Shown here one piece after another: positions 33,613 to 44,032 of a stretch of 64,000 nucleotides of DNA (positions within the stretch are counted from its first letter, which is position 1; the number at the start of each line of letters is the position of its first letter). Under the pieces are notes generated by a model. That model was given only the letters and a program-made list of their open reading frames with translations. It ran no database searches and had not been told where the DNA came from. Source of the stretch: an uncultured Candidatus Rokubacteria bacterium (GTDB lineage: Bacteria > Methylomirabilota > Methylomirabilia > Rokubacteriales > CSP1-6); contig CAVVEU010000008.1 of NCBI GenBank assembly GCA_963747235.1, positions 96,001-160,000 of the forward strand, written 5' to 3'. Position numbers and translations under genes: made by a program.

Positions 33613-34533
33613 ATGCAGCCGGTGACGACGGTCTCCGCCGGGCAGGCCCCGCGGCGCCTCGACGTCTTCGTGGCCACCCAGACCGCCCACCTGTCGCGAG
33701 CGGCCGCCCAGCGGTGGATCGACGGCGGCCTGATCACGGTCAATGGCCGGCAGACCAAGCCCGCCCGGCTGATCCGCCCGGGCGACGTGATCACCTGTCA
33801 CGTGCCGGTGCGCGAGCCCCCGCCGGTCGAGCCCGAGCCCCTCGCGCTGCACGTGCTCCACGAGGACGCGGAGCTTCTGGTGATCGACAAGCCGCCCGGT
33901 CTCGTCATGCACCCCGGTCCCGGCCACTGGACGGGCACCCTGCTCAACGCGCTCGTGCATCACGTCGGTCACGAGCCCGGTGACGGGCGGCGCGTCCGGC
34001 CCGGGCTGGTCCATCGCCTCGACAAGGGCACCAGCGGCGTCCTCGTGATCGCGAAGACCGACGCGGCCCACCGCGATCTCTCGCGCCAGTTCCGCGCGCA
34101 CTCCGTGCACCGCGTGTACCTGGCGCTGGTGGCCGGCGCGGTCCGGCGGGGCGGCCTGATCGACCGGGGCTGGGCCGGGATACGCGCGATCGGCGCCGGG
34201 TCTCGACGCGCTCACCCAGCCACGAGACGGGCGGTGACGGAGTACCGCGTGGCCGAGCGCCTCGGCCCCGACGCGACCCTGGTCGAGGCGCGCCCGCGCA
34301 CCGGCCGCACGCATCAGATTCGCGTGCACCTGGCCTCGATCGGCCACCCGGTCCTGGGCGACGCGAGCTACGGGACGGCTCCGGCCGATCCGGCGCTGCC
34401 GCGCGCGATGCTCCACGCCGCGGTGCTGGGCTTCGCGCATCCGGCGAGCGGGGAGTACGTGGAGTTTCGCGCGCCGTTGCCGGCCGACATGGAGCGCGCG
34501 GTGGCGCGCGGTCGCGCGGGTGCTCTGCGCTGA
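33613..34533 (+). CDS. rluD: RluA-family pseudouridine synthase with S4 domain (RluD-like)
   Basis: RLDVF S4 domain, DKPPG, HRLDKGTSG, GRTHQIRVH. Confidence 0.9.
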   Translation: MQPVTTVSAGQAPRRLDVFVATQTAHLSRAAAQRWIDGGLITVNGRQTKPARLIRPGDVITCHVPVREPPPVEPEPLALHVLHEDAELLVIDKPPGLVMHPGPGHWTGTLLNALVHHVGHEPGDGRRVRPGLVHRLDKGTSGVLVIAKTDAAHRDLSRQFRAHSVHRVYLALVAGAVRRGGLIDRGWAGIRAIGAGSRRAHPATRRAVTEYRVAERLGPDATLVEARPRTGRTHQIRVHLASIGHPVLGDASYGTAPADPALPRAMLHAAVLGFAHPASGEYVEFRAPLPADMERAVARGRAGALR

Positions 34534-34778
34534 CGAGCATCGAGGCGGGCGGACGCAGAATTCTCGTTTGCGCTTGACATGATTTCGAGTCGGCCCCGCC
34601 ACGATCTGGCTCGGCCGATGGAAAGCAGGGCTGAGCGCTCAGCATCCGGCAGCCGATGCACGTTCTCGAGGCCGAAGACGCCGAATCATGGCGCGCTCCG
34701 AGTTCGCGCGATCTGGGCGCTCCCAGGCGTCGCCGAAACCGAGGTGTAGAGTCGTCCCAGCAAGAAGGGAGACTCGCC

Positions 34779-36157
34779 ATGTTCGCCACGTTCGTCGGAT
34801 CTGCCCACTCCGTTGCAGCCGTCGCAGCCCAACCCGTCCCGCACCTCGCGGAGCTGGATCGCCTGGGCGACCAGATCGCCGAGCTCTCCGCGCACCTCGA
34901 GGCGGCGACGGCCCGCCTGCTCGCGCTGATCCGCGAGTTCGACGCCCGCGAGCGGCTGGGCCAACGGCTTCCGCTCCTGCGCCGAGTGGCTCGCGTGGCG
35001 CGTCGGCCTCGCCCTCGGCGCCGCCCGGGAGCACGTCCGGGTGGCGCGCGCCCTCGGGACGCTGCCGGCCCTGGCCGAGGCGCTGGCGCGCGGCGAGCTC
35101 TCCTACGCCAAGGTCCGCGCCTTGACACGCATCGCGACCCCGGAGACTGAGGTGCGCCTGCTCGCAGTGGGCCGCGCCGGCACGGCGTCCACGTGGAGAG
35201 CATCGTGCGGGGCTGGCGTCGCTTGGACCAGCAGGCCGAAGCGCGTGAGGCCACGCGGCAGCATGCGGGCCGCGACCTGCATGTCTACCAGGATGAGGAC
35301 GGCACCATCGTTCTCCGCGGACGCCTGACCCCGGAGATGGGCACGCTGCTCCTGCGCGCCCTCGACGCGGCCCGCGAGACGCTCTACGAGCGCCGCCGCG
35401 CCAGCGAGGCCGCTCCGCCGGCCACCGACCCGGCATCGGAGACCCCGACCCGGCCGCAGCAGCAGGCGGACGCGTTAGCCCTGCTGGCCGAGGCCGCGCT
35501 GCATGACGAGCTCGACCCCCGGGGCCCGGGGGAGTGCTATCAGGTGGTGGTCCACGTGGACGCCGCGGTCCTGGCGAACGCGGCCCAGCCCGGGCAGTCG
35601 GTGCTGGAAGGCGGCCCGCACGTTCCCGCGGGAACGTCGCAGCGGCTGGCGTGCGACGCGAGCCGGGTGGTGATGCGGCACGACGCGAACGGCCGGGTGG
35701 TGGAAGTCGGCGCCCGCACCCGGACGATCCCCCCGGTGCTCCGACGGGCCCTGCAGCATCGGGACAAGACCTGCCGCTTCCCCGGTGCAATGTCCGGATC
35801 GCCGAGGGGCATCACGTGCGGCACTGGGCCCACGGTGGGCCGACCAAGCTGTCCAATCTTGCCCTGCTCTGCCGCCGGCATCACCGGGCGGTGCACGAGG
35901 AAGGCTATCAGGTCGAGCGACTACCCGACGGCACGCTCCAGTTCTGGCGACCGGATGGCCGCCCATTGCCCGACGTGCCGGCACCGGCGGTGATGCCCGC
36001 CGATCCGGTCGGAGCGCTCCGGGCACAGCACGCCGCCCAAGGGCTCAATCTTCATGCGCGCACGGGGCTCGCGCAGTGGCTCGGGGAGCGACTGGACGTG
36101 GGCTGGGCGATCGACGTGCTACATCCGCGAGCCACGCGAATCGTCCGGGGCTCGTAG
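34779..36157 (+). mobile_element. DUF222 + HNH endonuclease gene (REP13E12-like); frameshifts near 34950, 35190, 35785
   Basis: LGDQIAELSAH, QADAL, QVVVHVD, RLACDA, RDKTCRFPGC, HHVRHWAHGG...NLALLCRRHH. Confidence 0.8.
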
Positions 36158-37222
36158 CGACTGGAGCGGTCGGGCCCGGACGCTGAAGAGCCGGAGCGCC
36201 TCGACCTTCCCGCGCAGCTCCCGTTCCCCCATGTCCTCGACCTCGAGTTCGTCGGGCACCCGGCACCGGCTCAGCAGCGCCTCCGACACCAGGACGCGGC
36301 GCTCCAGCGGGCGACACTGCGCCTCGACCCGGGCCGCCGTATTGACCGTGTCGCCGCTGTGGACGATGTCCTTCTTGATGTCGCCGATCTCGGCGGTGAC
36401 GACGGCTCCTCCGTGGATGCCGGCCTTGAACTCGGGGACGACCCCATACCGCGCGAGATACCGATCCCTTTGCTCGTGGATGCGCTCCGTCACGAGGAAG
36501 ACGCAGCGGAGACAGTTGCCCTGGTGGAGGCCCCGCTCCACCGTCCAGGTCACCACCGCTTCGTCCCCGACGTATTGGTAGATCTGGCCGCGGGTCTCCA
36601 GGATCGGCTCGGCGATGTCGTGGAAGAAGTCGTTCTTGAAGTCGTTGAAGCGGAACGGTCCCAGCGCCGCCGCGATCGCGGTGGAGTCGTTCAGATCGAG
36701 GAACATGAAGATGCGCTCTTCCGCGACGGGTCGGTGATACCGGCCCAGCAGCAGACTCACCAGCGTTCCAGGACCGAGCATCCGGTTGAGCTGCCGGACG
36801 AAGTTGATGAGGAAGCTCACCAGCGTGAGGACGGCCAGCGCCACCAGGAATCGGCCACCCAGGACGAAATCCCGGTATTGCTCGGACGTGTAGTACGCGA
36901 GCAGGCCCCCGTGCTCGGAGAGCCCCAGCATGCTCATCGTCACGACGTGGATGACGACCGCGCACAGGGTGACGTAGAAGAAGGTCCGGATGAGGAGGAG
37001 ACCACCGACGGTCAGGGAGCGTACGTAACGCGGGATCAGGTACAACTCGAACCCTGCGCTGCCCAGCCCGATGACCGTGCCCGTTGCGGTCGCGGTGAGC
37101 TCCCGGGCGAGGTGGGTAGGCACTCGCCGGACGATCCAGTGCACGAGCACGGCCGCGCCGATCCAGCCGCACGTGATCCAGATGGTGGTCCTGGTCGTGT
37201 GAAGGGCCCGCGGCGAAACCAC
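36119..37222 (-). CDS. Membrane-anchored class III adenylate/guanylate cyclase
   Basis: About 4 TMs, FLDLNDST, YVGDE, GIHGG, GDTVNTAAR. Confidence 0.88.
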   Translation of the reverse strand: MVSPRALHTTRTTIWITCGWIGAAVLVHWIVRRVPTHLARELTATATGTVIGLGSAGFELYLIPRYVRSLTVGGLLLIRTFFYVTLCAVVIHVVTMSMLGLSEHGGLLAYYTSEQYRDFVLGGRFLVALAVLTLVSFLINFVRQLNRMLGPGTLVSLLLGRYHRPVAEERIFMFLDLNDSTAIAAALGPFRFNDFKNDFFHDIAEPILETRGQIYQYVGDEAVVTWTVERGLHQGNCLRCVFLVTERIHEQRDRYLARYGVVPEFKAGIHGGAVVTAEIGDIKKDIVHSGDTVNTAARVEAQCRPLERRVLVSEALLSRCRVPDELEVEDMGERELRGKVEALRLFSVRARPLQSLRAPDDSRGSRM

Positions 37223-37225
37223 GGC

Positions 37226-37591
37226 TCAGACCTCGATCTCGATCCAGGCGCGGCGCCGGATCCGGCCGGTGAGCCGGGAGAACAGGTCGCCTATCCACAT
37301 CTGCCAGCCGTACTTGGCCCGCAGCGCGGCGTGCGCGCGCTCGATCACGCCGGGCTCGGTGACGATGCGCGCGGTCACGTCCGACCACCCGCCGCGAACG
37401 TGCCCGCGCATATCGGACGGGGCGACCCGCGCCCGTGACGAATGGCGCAGACGCTTGACCTTGCCCGAGTCGCCGGCCGTGAAGACGTAGATCTTCCCGT
37501 CCGCCGCCGCGAACCAGACCGGCGTCTTGACCTCGGCTCCGCTGCGACGAAACGTGGCCAGACTCAGATAGCGATGGCGGTCGAGCGGCAT
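37226..37591 (-). CDS. PPOX-class, probably F420-dependent oxidoreductase
   Basis: LSLATFRRSG..VKTPVWF, GKVKRL, KYGWQ. Confidence 0.85.
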   Translation of the reverse strand: MPLDRHRYLSLATFRRSGAEVKTPVWFAAADGKIYVFTAGDSGKVKRLRHSSRARVAPSDMRGHVRGGWSDVTARIVTEPGVIERAHAALRAKYGWQMWIGDLFSRLTGRIRRRAWIEIEV

Positions 37592-37592
37592 G

Positions 37593-38702
37593 TCAGGCGA
37601 GCCCGAGCGATCGGGCCACGGTCTCGAGGTGCAGCGTCGCGTCGCCCGCATCCAGACCGGCCGCGAGGATGCGCTTGTGGAAGAGATGGAGCGGGTGCTC
37701 CTCGCTGTAGCCGATGGCGCCCATGATCTGGTGCCCGCGGCGGGCCACGCGCAGGCAGGCCTCGCCGCCGTAGGCCTTGGCCGCGGCGATCGCGGCGCCG
37801 GCGTCGGGACGGCCCGATTCGAGCTTCCAGGCGGCTTCCCACATGAGCCAGCGCGCGCTCTCGACGTCGCGGAACAGGTCCGCGCAGGCGTGCTGGATGG
37901 CCTGGTAGCCGCCGATGGGCCGGCCGCCCTGGACGCGCACGCGGGCGTGCTCCACGCAGAGCTCGAGGACACGCTGGGCGGCGCCGGCCATCTCGGCGCT
38001 CCGGGCGAGGGCGCCGATGCGAAACGCGGGGGCGAGCAGCGCCCAGCCGTCTCCGGGCGCGCCGAGCAGGTCGTCGGCGCGGGTCTCCACGTCGGTGAGC
38101 TCGACCTCGAAGAGCTTGTCGCCGGTCATGCTGTCGAGCGGGCGCGCGGCGATGCCGGCGCGGTCCATCGGGAGCAGGAGCGCGGTCGGTCCGGCGGCGG
38201 ACCGCCCGAGCACGATCACGTCGGTGGCCACGTGCGCGTCCTGGACGAAGAGCTTGCGTCCGCTGAGGCGGCCGGGGGCGGAGACCGGCAGGGTCAGCGC
38301 GTCCGGGTCGAGCCGTCCCGACTCCTCGAGCACGGCGAGCGCGCAGATCCGCTCGCCCAGGGCCAGGGCGGGGAGGAGGGCCTGGGCGCGTCGGCCGCCG
38401 GCCGCGGTCAGCGCGGTGGTCGCGACGACGGCGCTCGCGATGAACGGGCTCGGGAAGCAGGCGCGTCCCAGCTCCTCGACGAGGGCCAGCGCGTCGCCGA
38501 CCGAGCCGCCGCTGCCGCCCAGCTCGGTCGGGACCAGGAGGCCCGGCCAGCCGAGCGTCGCGATCTCCTTCCACAGATCGGCCGCGAAGCCGCGCGGGTC
38601 GAGCGCGATCGCCTGCACACACTCGATCGGGCACCGCTGCTGCAGCAGCGCGCGCGCCGATTGCTGCAGGAGCTGCTGCGACGGCGAGAACGCGAGATCC
38701 AT
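37593..38702 (-). CDS. Acyl-CoA dehydrogenase family, beta-type partner subunit
   Basis: ACAD fold, RPIGGYQAIQH, HQIMGAIG; lacks usual catalytic motifs. Confidence 0.85.
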   Translation of the reverse strand: MDLAFSPSQQLLQQSARALLQQRCPIECVQAIALDPRGFAADLWKEIATLGWPGLLVPTELGGSGGSVGDALALVEELGRACFPSPFIASAVVATTALTAAGGRRAQALLPALALGERICALAVLEESGRLDPDALTLPVSAPGRLSGRKLFVQDAHVATDVIVLGRSAAGPTALLLPMDRAGIAARPLDSMTGDKLFEVELTDVETRADDLLGAPGDGWALLAPAFRIGALARSAEMAGAAQRVLELCVEHARVRVQGGRPIGGYQAIQHACADLFRDVESARWLMWEAAWKLESGRPDAGAAIAAAKAYGGEACLRVARRGHQIMGAIGYSEEHPLHLFHKRILAAGLDAGDATLHLETVARSLGLA

Positions 38703-39882
38703 CAGGCGCGGGCCCGCGGCTCGGCGGGCAGGCCGAGGGCCCGCACCGCGATGGTCGTGCGCTGGATCTCGGACGTCCCGCCCGCGAGCGTGTGGCCCCA
38801 GCTCGTCTGGTACTGGTGCTCGATCTCGCCGCGGAGCCGGGCCCAGCGGGAGCCGGCGCGCAGGACTCCATAGGGCCCGAGCAGCTCCATGCCCATCGCG
38901 AGCACGCGCTGGCCCAGCTCGTCGGCCATGACCTTCGCGGCGGAGACCGGGCCGGTCGCGGGCAGGCCGCGCTCGATGAGCCAGGCGGCGCGGAGGAAGA
39001 GCGCGCGGAGGGCCGCGACCTCGGTCGGCGGCGTGGGCGAGCCGCCGGCGCGCCACCGCGTCCCCGGGCGTGGCGGCGTTCACGTACTCGACGAGCAGGC
39101 CCAGGATCCGTCGCAGGAACGGGCGCCTTGTAGAAGCGCCCCCAGAAGCGGTCGGTGTCGAGGCCCTTCAGGAGCTGGTTGAAGCCCTCGCCGGGCTTGC
39201 CGAGCACCCAGTCGCGCGGCACGCGCACGCCGTCCATGAAGATCTCGTAGTGGTAGACCCGGCCGGTCAGGCTGCGGATCGGGCGCACGTCCATGCCGGG
39301 CAGCCGGTTGTCGACCATCAACATGGTGAGGCCGCGGTTGCGAGTGGACGCGGGATCGGTGCGGGCGAGCACGGTGCCGTAGCTCGCGATGCCCGCGTGG
39401 CTCGACCAGATCTTGCGGCCGTCGAGCACCCAGTGATCCCCCTCGAGGCGGGCGTGGGTCTTGAGCGCGAGCAGGTCCGAGCCCGCGTCGGGCTCGCTGT
39501 AGCCCTGCCAGAACGTGGCCTCGCCGCGCGCGACGAGCGGGAGGATCTCGCGCTGCAGGGTCTCGGAGCCATTGCGGATGATGGAGTCGGCGACCTGCAG
39601 GCAGCCCGAGAGCGGGCCGAAGGGCGCGCCGGCGGCCGCCAGCTCGTCCAGGAGGATCAGGAGGTAGCTCATCGGCCGCGCCTCGCCGCCGTGCTCGCGC
39701 GGCCAGGCCATGCTGAGCCAGCCGCGCTCGCCGAGCGCGCGCGTGAAGGCCCGCGAGTGGGCGCCGGAGCCATAGCCCGCGTCGGTGCCGTCCTCGGGAA
39801 ACGTCTCCGGCGGATGGGCGTGGAGAAACGCCCGCACCTCGTCGGTGAAGGCCTGCTCGGAGCCGGAGAGCCCGAAGTCCAT
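38702..39882 (-). CDS. Acyl-CoA dehydrogenase family, alpha-type subunit; frameshifts 39030-39120
   Basis: GYSEPDAGSDL, KIWSS, GGTSEIQR. Confidence 0.87.
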
Positions 39883-39902
39883 GGCCGGAGCCTGCGCCGG
39901 GC

Positions 39903-40973
39903 CTACCGCCGCCGCGCCAGCTCCGAGAAGGGGCCCGAGATCCGCACGATCTGGTTGAGCTGGAACACGCCGGTGCGGATGACCGAGACGAGCAGATCGC
40001 CGGCCAGACCGGCGGCGCGCGTCTCGGGGGTATCGGGCACGACGACGAGCCCCCGCGGGGCGTCGCCGTCGGTGAAGCGCGCGAGGGGCAGCCGGTTGCC
40101 GTCGGCGGTGACGCCGAAGATCTCGTTGGCCTGGCGATCGGTCACGAAGACGGAGCCGCCGGGGCCCGGGCTCAGGCCCTGCGACACCGGGCCCTCCACC
40201 ATGAGGCGCCGCTCGCCCCCGGGCGCCACCCGCCAGAGCTCACCGGGGCCGCCCTGCCACGGCGCTTCCGCGCTGCCGTCGCTGCCGACCCACAGGTGGT
40301 CCGCGTCGTCCACGGTGAGCGTGCGCGGGCGGAGCACGCGCAGGTAGCTCGGGTCCAGCACGCGCCCGGTGGGGTCGAAGCGCACGACCACGCCGCGGTC
40401 GCGGTCGGCCACGTAGACGTTGCCGGCGGAGTCCACCGCCGCGCCCTCCGGCTGGATCAGGATCGGCGGCGTGCCCGGGTCCGGCGTGCCCCCGGCGAAG
40501 AACACGATCCGGCCGTCGATCAGGCGATACAGCACGCCCACGCGGCGGTCGCGGTCGAACGTGGTGACGAAGAGCTCGCGCCCGCCCCGGCCGCCGCTCA
40601 CCTGCGCGTTGTTCAGCGGCGGGCCGTGGAAGAAGCGCGGCTCGGTCGCGGCGGTGAGCTGCGCGCCGCCCGCCTTGATCCGGTAGATGGACGTGAGGTA
40701 GTCGAACTCGCCGCCGCTGTACCGCCGGCCGCTGCGCGCGAGATAGAGCGCGCCGGTATGATCCACGGCCAGGGTGGGGGTCGTGGGGATCCCGCGCCCG
40801 CGGAACTCGGTGGCCCCGCCGAAGCCGTCGCCGGTGACGTAGATCCGCGCGGTGAAGCCGGCGGGCAGGACGATCTCGGCCCGCGCCGCGGTGGGAGCGA
40901 GCGAGAGTGCGGAAAGGGCCAGCGTGACGGCAAGGCGTCGTCCTGCTCCGGGTCGTGAACATGGAGTCCGCAT
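39903..40973 (-). CDS. Secreted NHL/SMP-30-like beta-propeller protein; start uncertain
   Basis: Signal peptide ending AARA; repeats such as PEGAAVDSAGNVYVAD. Confidence 0.7.
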   Translation of the reverse strand: MRTPCSRPGAGRRLAVTLALSALSLAPTAARAEIVLPAGFTARIYVTGDGFGGATEFRGRGIPTTPTLAVDHTGALYLARSGRRYSGGEFDYLTSIYRIKAGGAQLTAATEPRFFHGPPLNNAQVSGGRGGRELFVTTFDRDRRVGVLYRLIDGRIVFFAGGTPDPGTPPILIQPEGAAVDSAGNVYVADRDRGVVVRFDPTGRVLDPSYLRVLRPRTLTVDDADHLWVGSDGSAEAPWQGGPGELWRVAPGGERRLMVEGPVSQGLSPGPGGSVFVTDRQANEIFGVTADGNRLPLARFTDGDAPRGLVVVPDTPETRAAGLAGDLLVSVIRTGVFQLNQIVRISGPFSELARRR

Positions 40974-41089
40974 GATAGCGTCTCGCGAGTGTCCGCTTCA
41001 ACCGGTCCTCGCGGCCTGCTTCTTCTCTTGCCTCCGGTCGCGTGATCGCGGATACTCCCGACCACCAAACCTTCGGGGAGGGACGACCC

Positions 41090-41539
41090 ATGGCGCGCTT
41101 GACGATCAACGGCCGATCGCTCGAGGTCAACGTCAACCCCAACACGCCGCTCCTGTGGGCCATCCGGGAGCAGGCGGGGCTCACCGGGACCAAGTACGGC
41201 TGCGGGATCGCCCAGTGCGGCGCCTGCACGGTGCACGTCGACGGCGTCGCGGTCCGCTCCTGTGTGATGCCGGTCGCCGCCGTCGCGGGCAAGAAGATCA
41301 CCACCATCGAGGGCCTGGCCACCGGCGCCGTCCTGCACAAGGTGCAGAAGGCCTGGCTCGACCACGAGGTGCCCCAGTGCGGCTACTGCCAGGCGGGCAT
41401 GATCATGGCGGTGGCGGCGTTGCTGAAGGACAAGCCCAGGCCGACCGACGCGGATATCGACGCGCGGATCACCAACATCTGTCGCTGCGGCACGTTCCAG
41501 CAGGTTCGTGAGGCCATTCACGCTGCGGCCAAGGCCTGA
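41090..41539 (+). CDS. 2x[2Fe-2S] small subunit of xanthine oxidase-family molybdoenzyme (IorA-like)
   Basis: [28 protein letters not shown]. Confidence 0.93.
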   Translation: MARLTINGRSLEVNVNPNTPLLWAIREQAGLTGTKYGCGIAQCGACTVHVDGVAVRSCVMPVAAVAGKKITTIEGLATGAVLHKVQKAWLDHEVPQCGYCQAGMIMAVAALLKDKPRPTDADIDARITNICRCGTFQQVREAIHAAAKA

Positions 41540-41553
41540 GGGGGGTGGACATC

Positions 41554-43737
41554 ATGATCACCAGGACTCCGAAGATCAATCGCCGCTCCTTCGTCGTCGG
41601 CAGCGTCGCGGTCGGCGCGGGTCTCGCGCTCGGCCTCAAGATCCCGTTCGGCACGGAGGTCGTCCGCGCGCAGGACGGCTCGCCCGAGGTCACCGCGTGG
41701 GTGGTCATCCGCCCGGACGATACCGTCGTGATCCGGATCGCGCGCTCGGAGATGGGACAGGGCACGCTCACCGGTCTCGCCCAGATGGTCGCCGAGGAGC
41801 TCGAGTGCGACTGGTCGAAGGTGCAGACCGAGTACCCGACGCCCGGCCAGAGCGTCAAGCGCAAGCGCGTGTGGGGTGACTTCTCCACCGGTGGCAGCCG
41901 GGGCATCCGCACGTCGCACGAGTACGTCCGCAAGGGCGGGGCCACCGCGCGCGAGATGCTGATCCAGGCCGCGGCCGACGCCTGGAAGGTTCCCGCCGCC
42001 GAGTGCAGCGCCGCCAACAGCGTGATCACCCACAAGACCTCGGGCCGCACCACGACCTACGGGAAGGTGGCGGAGGCCGCCGCCAAGCTCACGCCGCCCG
42101 CGAACGTGGCGCTCAAGGACCCGAAGGACTGGAAGCTCATCGGCAAGTCGGTCAAGCGCCTGGACACGATGGCCAAGCTGACCGGCGCGCAGGTGTACGG
42201 GTTCGATCTCAAGCTGCCCGGGATGCTCAACGCCGCGATCAAGGATTGCCCGGTCTTCGGCGGCAAGGTGAAGAGCCTTCGAGGCGACCAAGGTCAAGGG
42301 GATGCCGGGAGTCCGGCACGTGCTCCCGGTTGGCGATTCGGCGGTGGCGGTGGTGGCCGACACGTGGTGGGAGGCCAAGACCGCGCTCGACGCGCTGCCC
42401 ATCTCCTGGGACGAGGGCCCCAATGCGAAGGTCTCGAGCGCGACGATCGCGGACATGCTGAAGGAGGGGCTCGACGCCGACCAGGCCTTCGTCAACAACC
42501 AGAACGGCGACGCAAGGCCGCCATCGGCGGGCGCGGCGAAGAAGGTCGAGGCGGTTTACGCGTATCCGTTCCAGAACCACGCGCCGATGGAACCGATGAA
42601 CGCGACGGCCAGGTACACCCCGGACCGGTGCGAGGTCTGGGTGCCCACGCAGAACGGCGAGGCCGCATTCGCGGCGACGCTGTCGGCGTCCGGGCTGCCG
42701 GCCGACAAGTGCGAGGTCTACAAGATCAACCTGGGCGGCGGGTTCGGCCGGCGCGGGGCCTTCCACGACTACGTCACCCAGGCCGTCCTGATCGCCAAGC
42801 AGATCCCGGGCATCGCCGGTGAAGCTCCTCTGGTCGCGCGAGGAGGACATGTTGCACGGAAGGTATCACCCGGTCATGCAGGCGAAGCTGACCGGCGCCT
42901 CGATGCCGAGCGGCAACCTGGTCGGGCTGCACATGCGCCTGTCGGGGCAGTCGATCCTCAGCGGACGTGTTCCCGCAGATGCTCCAGAACGGGCAAGGAC
43001 TCCTGACCTTCCAGGGCCTGCACAAGAGCGGGGACTTCGCCATCGGCTACACGGTCCCGAATCTCCTGATCGACCACGCCATGCGCAACACCCACGTCCC
43101 GCCGGGCTTCTGGCGCGGGGTGAACATCAACCAGAACGCGATCTTCCTCGAGTGCTTCATGGACGAGCTCGCCCATGCGGCCGGCCAGGATCCGCTCGAG
43201 TTCCGGCGCAAGCTGATGGCGAACCACCCCAAGCACCTCGCGGTGCTGAACGCGGTGGCCGACCGGGCCGGCTGGGGCAAGCCGGCGCCGCAGGGGGTGT
43301 ACCGCGGGCTGTCCCAGATGATGTCGTTCGGCAGCTACGTGGCGGCGTGCGCCGAGGTCTCCGTCAAGGACGGCAACAAGGTGAAGGTCCATCGCATCGT
43401 CGCCGCGACCGACACCGGGTACGCCGTCAACCCGGCGCAGATCGAGCGCCAGATCGCCGGCTCGTTCGTGTACGGCCTCTCCGCGCTCTTCATGGAGGAG
43501 TGCACGGTCAAGGACGGCCACATCGAGCAGACGAACTTCCACGAGTACGACTCCATGCGGATCGCGCAGATGCCGAAGGTGGAGGCGATCGTCATGCCGT
43601 CCGGCGGCTTCTGGGGCGGCGTCGGCGAGCCCACGATCTGCGTGGCGGCGCCCGCGGTCCTGAACGCCTTCTTCGCCGCGACCGGCAAGCGCCTGCGCAC
43701 GGTTCCGCTGAAGCACCACGGCGTGACCCTGGTATAA
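41554..43737 (+). CDS. Molybdopterin-binding large subunit (IorB / isoquinoline 1-oxidoreductase beta-like), Tat-type leader; several frameshifts 42280-42970
   Basis: NRRSF, SEMGQG, TGGS, HAPMEP, GGGFGRR, WSREED, GGVGEP. Confidence 0.9.
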
Positions 43738-43741
43738 GCCC

Positions 43742-44032
43742 GTGATCGGCAGGGCCCTGGCCGCGGCGATCGGGATGGCCTCGATCGCCGCGGCGGTGGC
43801 GTCGGCGGAGCCTCCGGCCGGCGCCGCGGCGTGCTCGGGTTGTCACCCGGCCTCTCCACGGGTGGCGTCGCCCGTGCCTCGACTCACCGGGGTCGATCAG
43901 GCGGCGATCGTCCGGGCCCTCCGGGAGTTCCGCTCGGGGCAGCGTCCGGCCACCGTGATGGACCGGATCGCCAAGGGCTTCACGGACGACGAGATCCAGG
44001 CCCTCGCCGCCTGGTTCGCCACGCAGAAGTGA
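43742..44032 (+). CDS. Monoheme cytochrome c (FccA-like)
   Basis: Signal peptide, CSGCH, TVMDRIAKG. Confidence 0.9.
   Translation: MIGRALAAAIGMASIAAAVASAEPPAGAAACSGCHPASPRVASPVPRLTGVDQAAIVRALREFRSGQRPATVMDRIAKGFTDDEIQALAAWFATQK

Noticed and set aside
34160-34225. Odd rluD segment GWAGIRAIGAGSRRAHP
   Set aside because: Another frame reads LGRDTRDRRRVSTR, matching the family, so two compensating indels are likely
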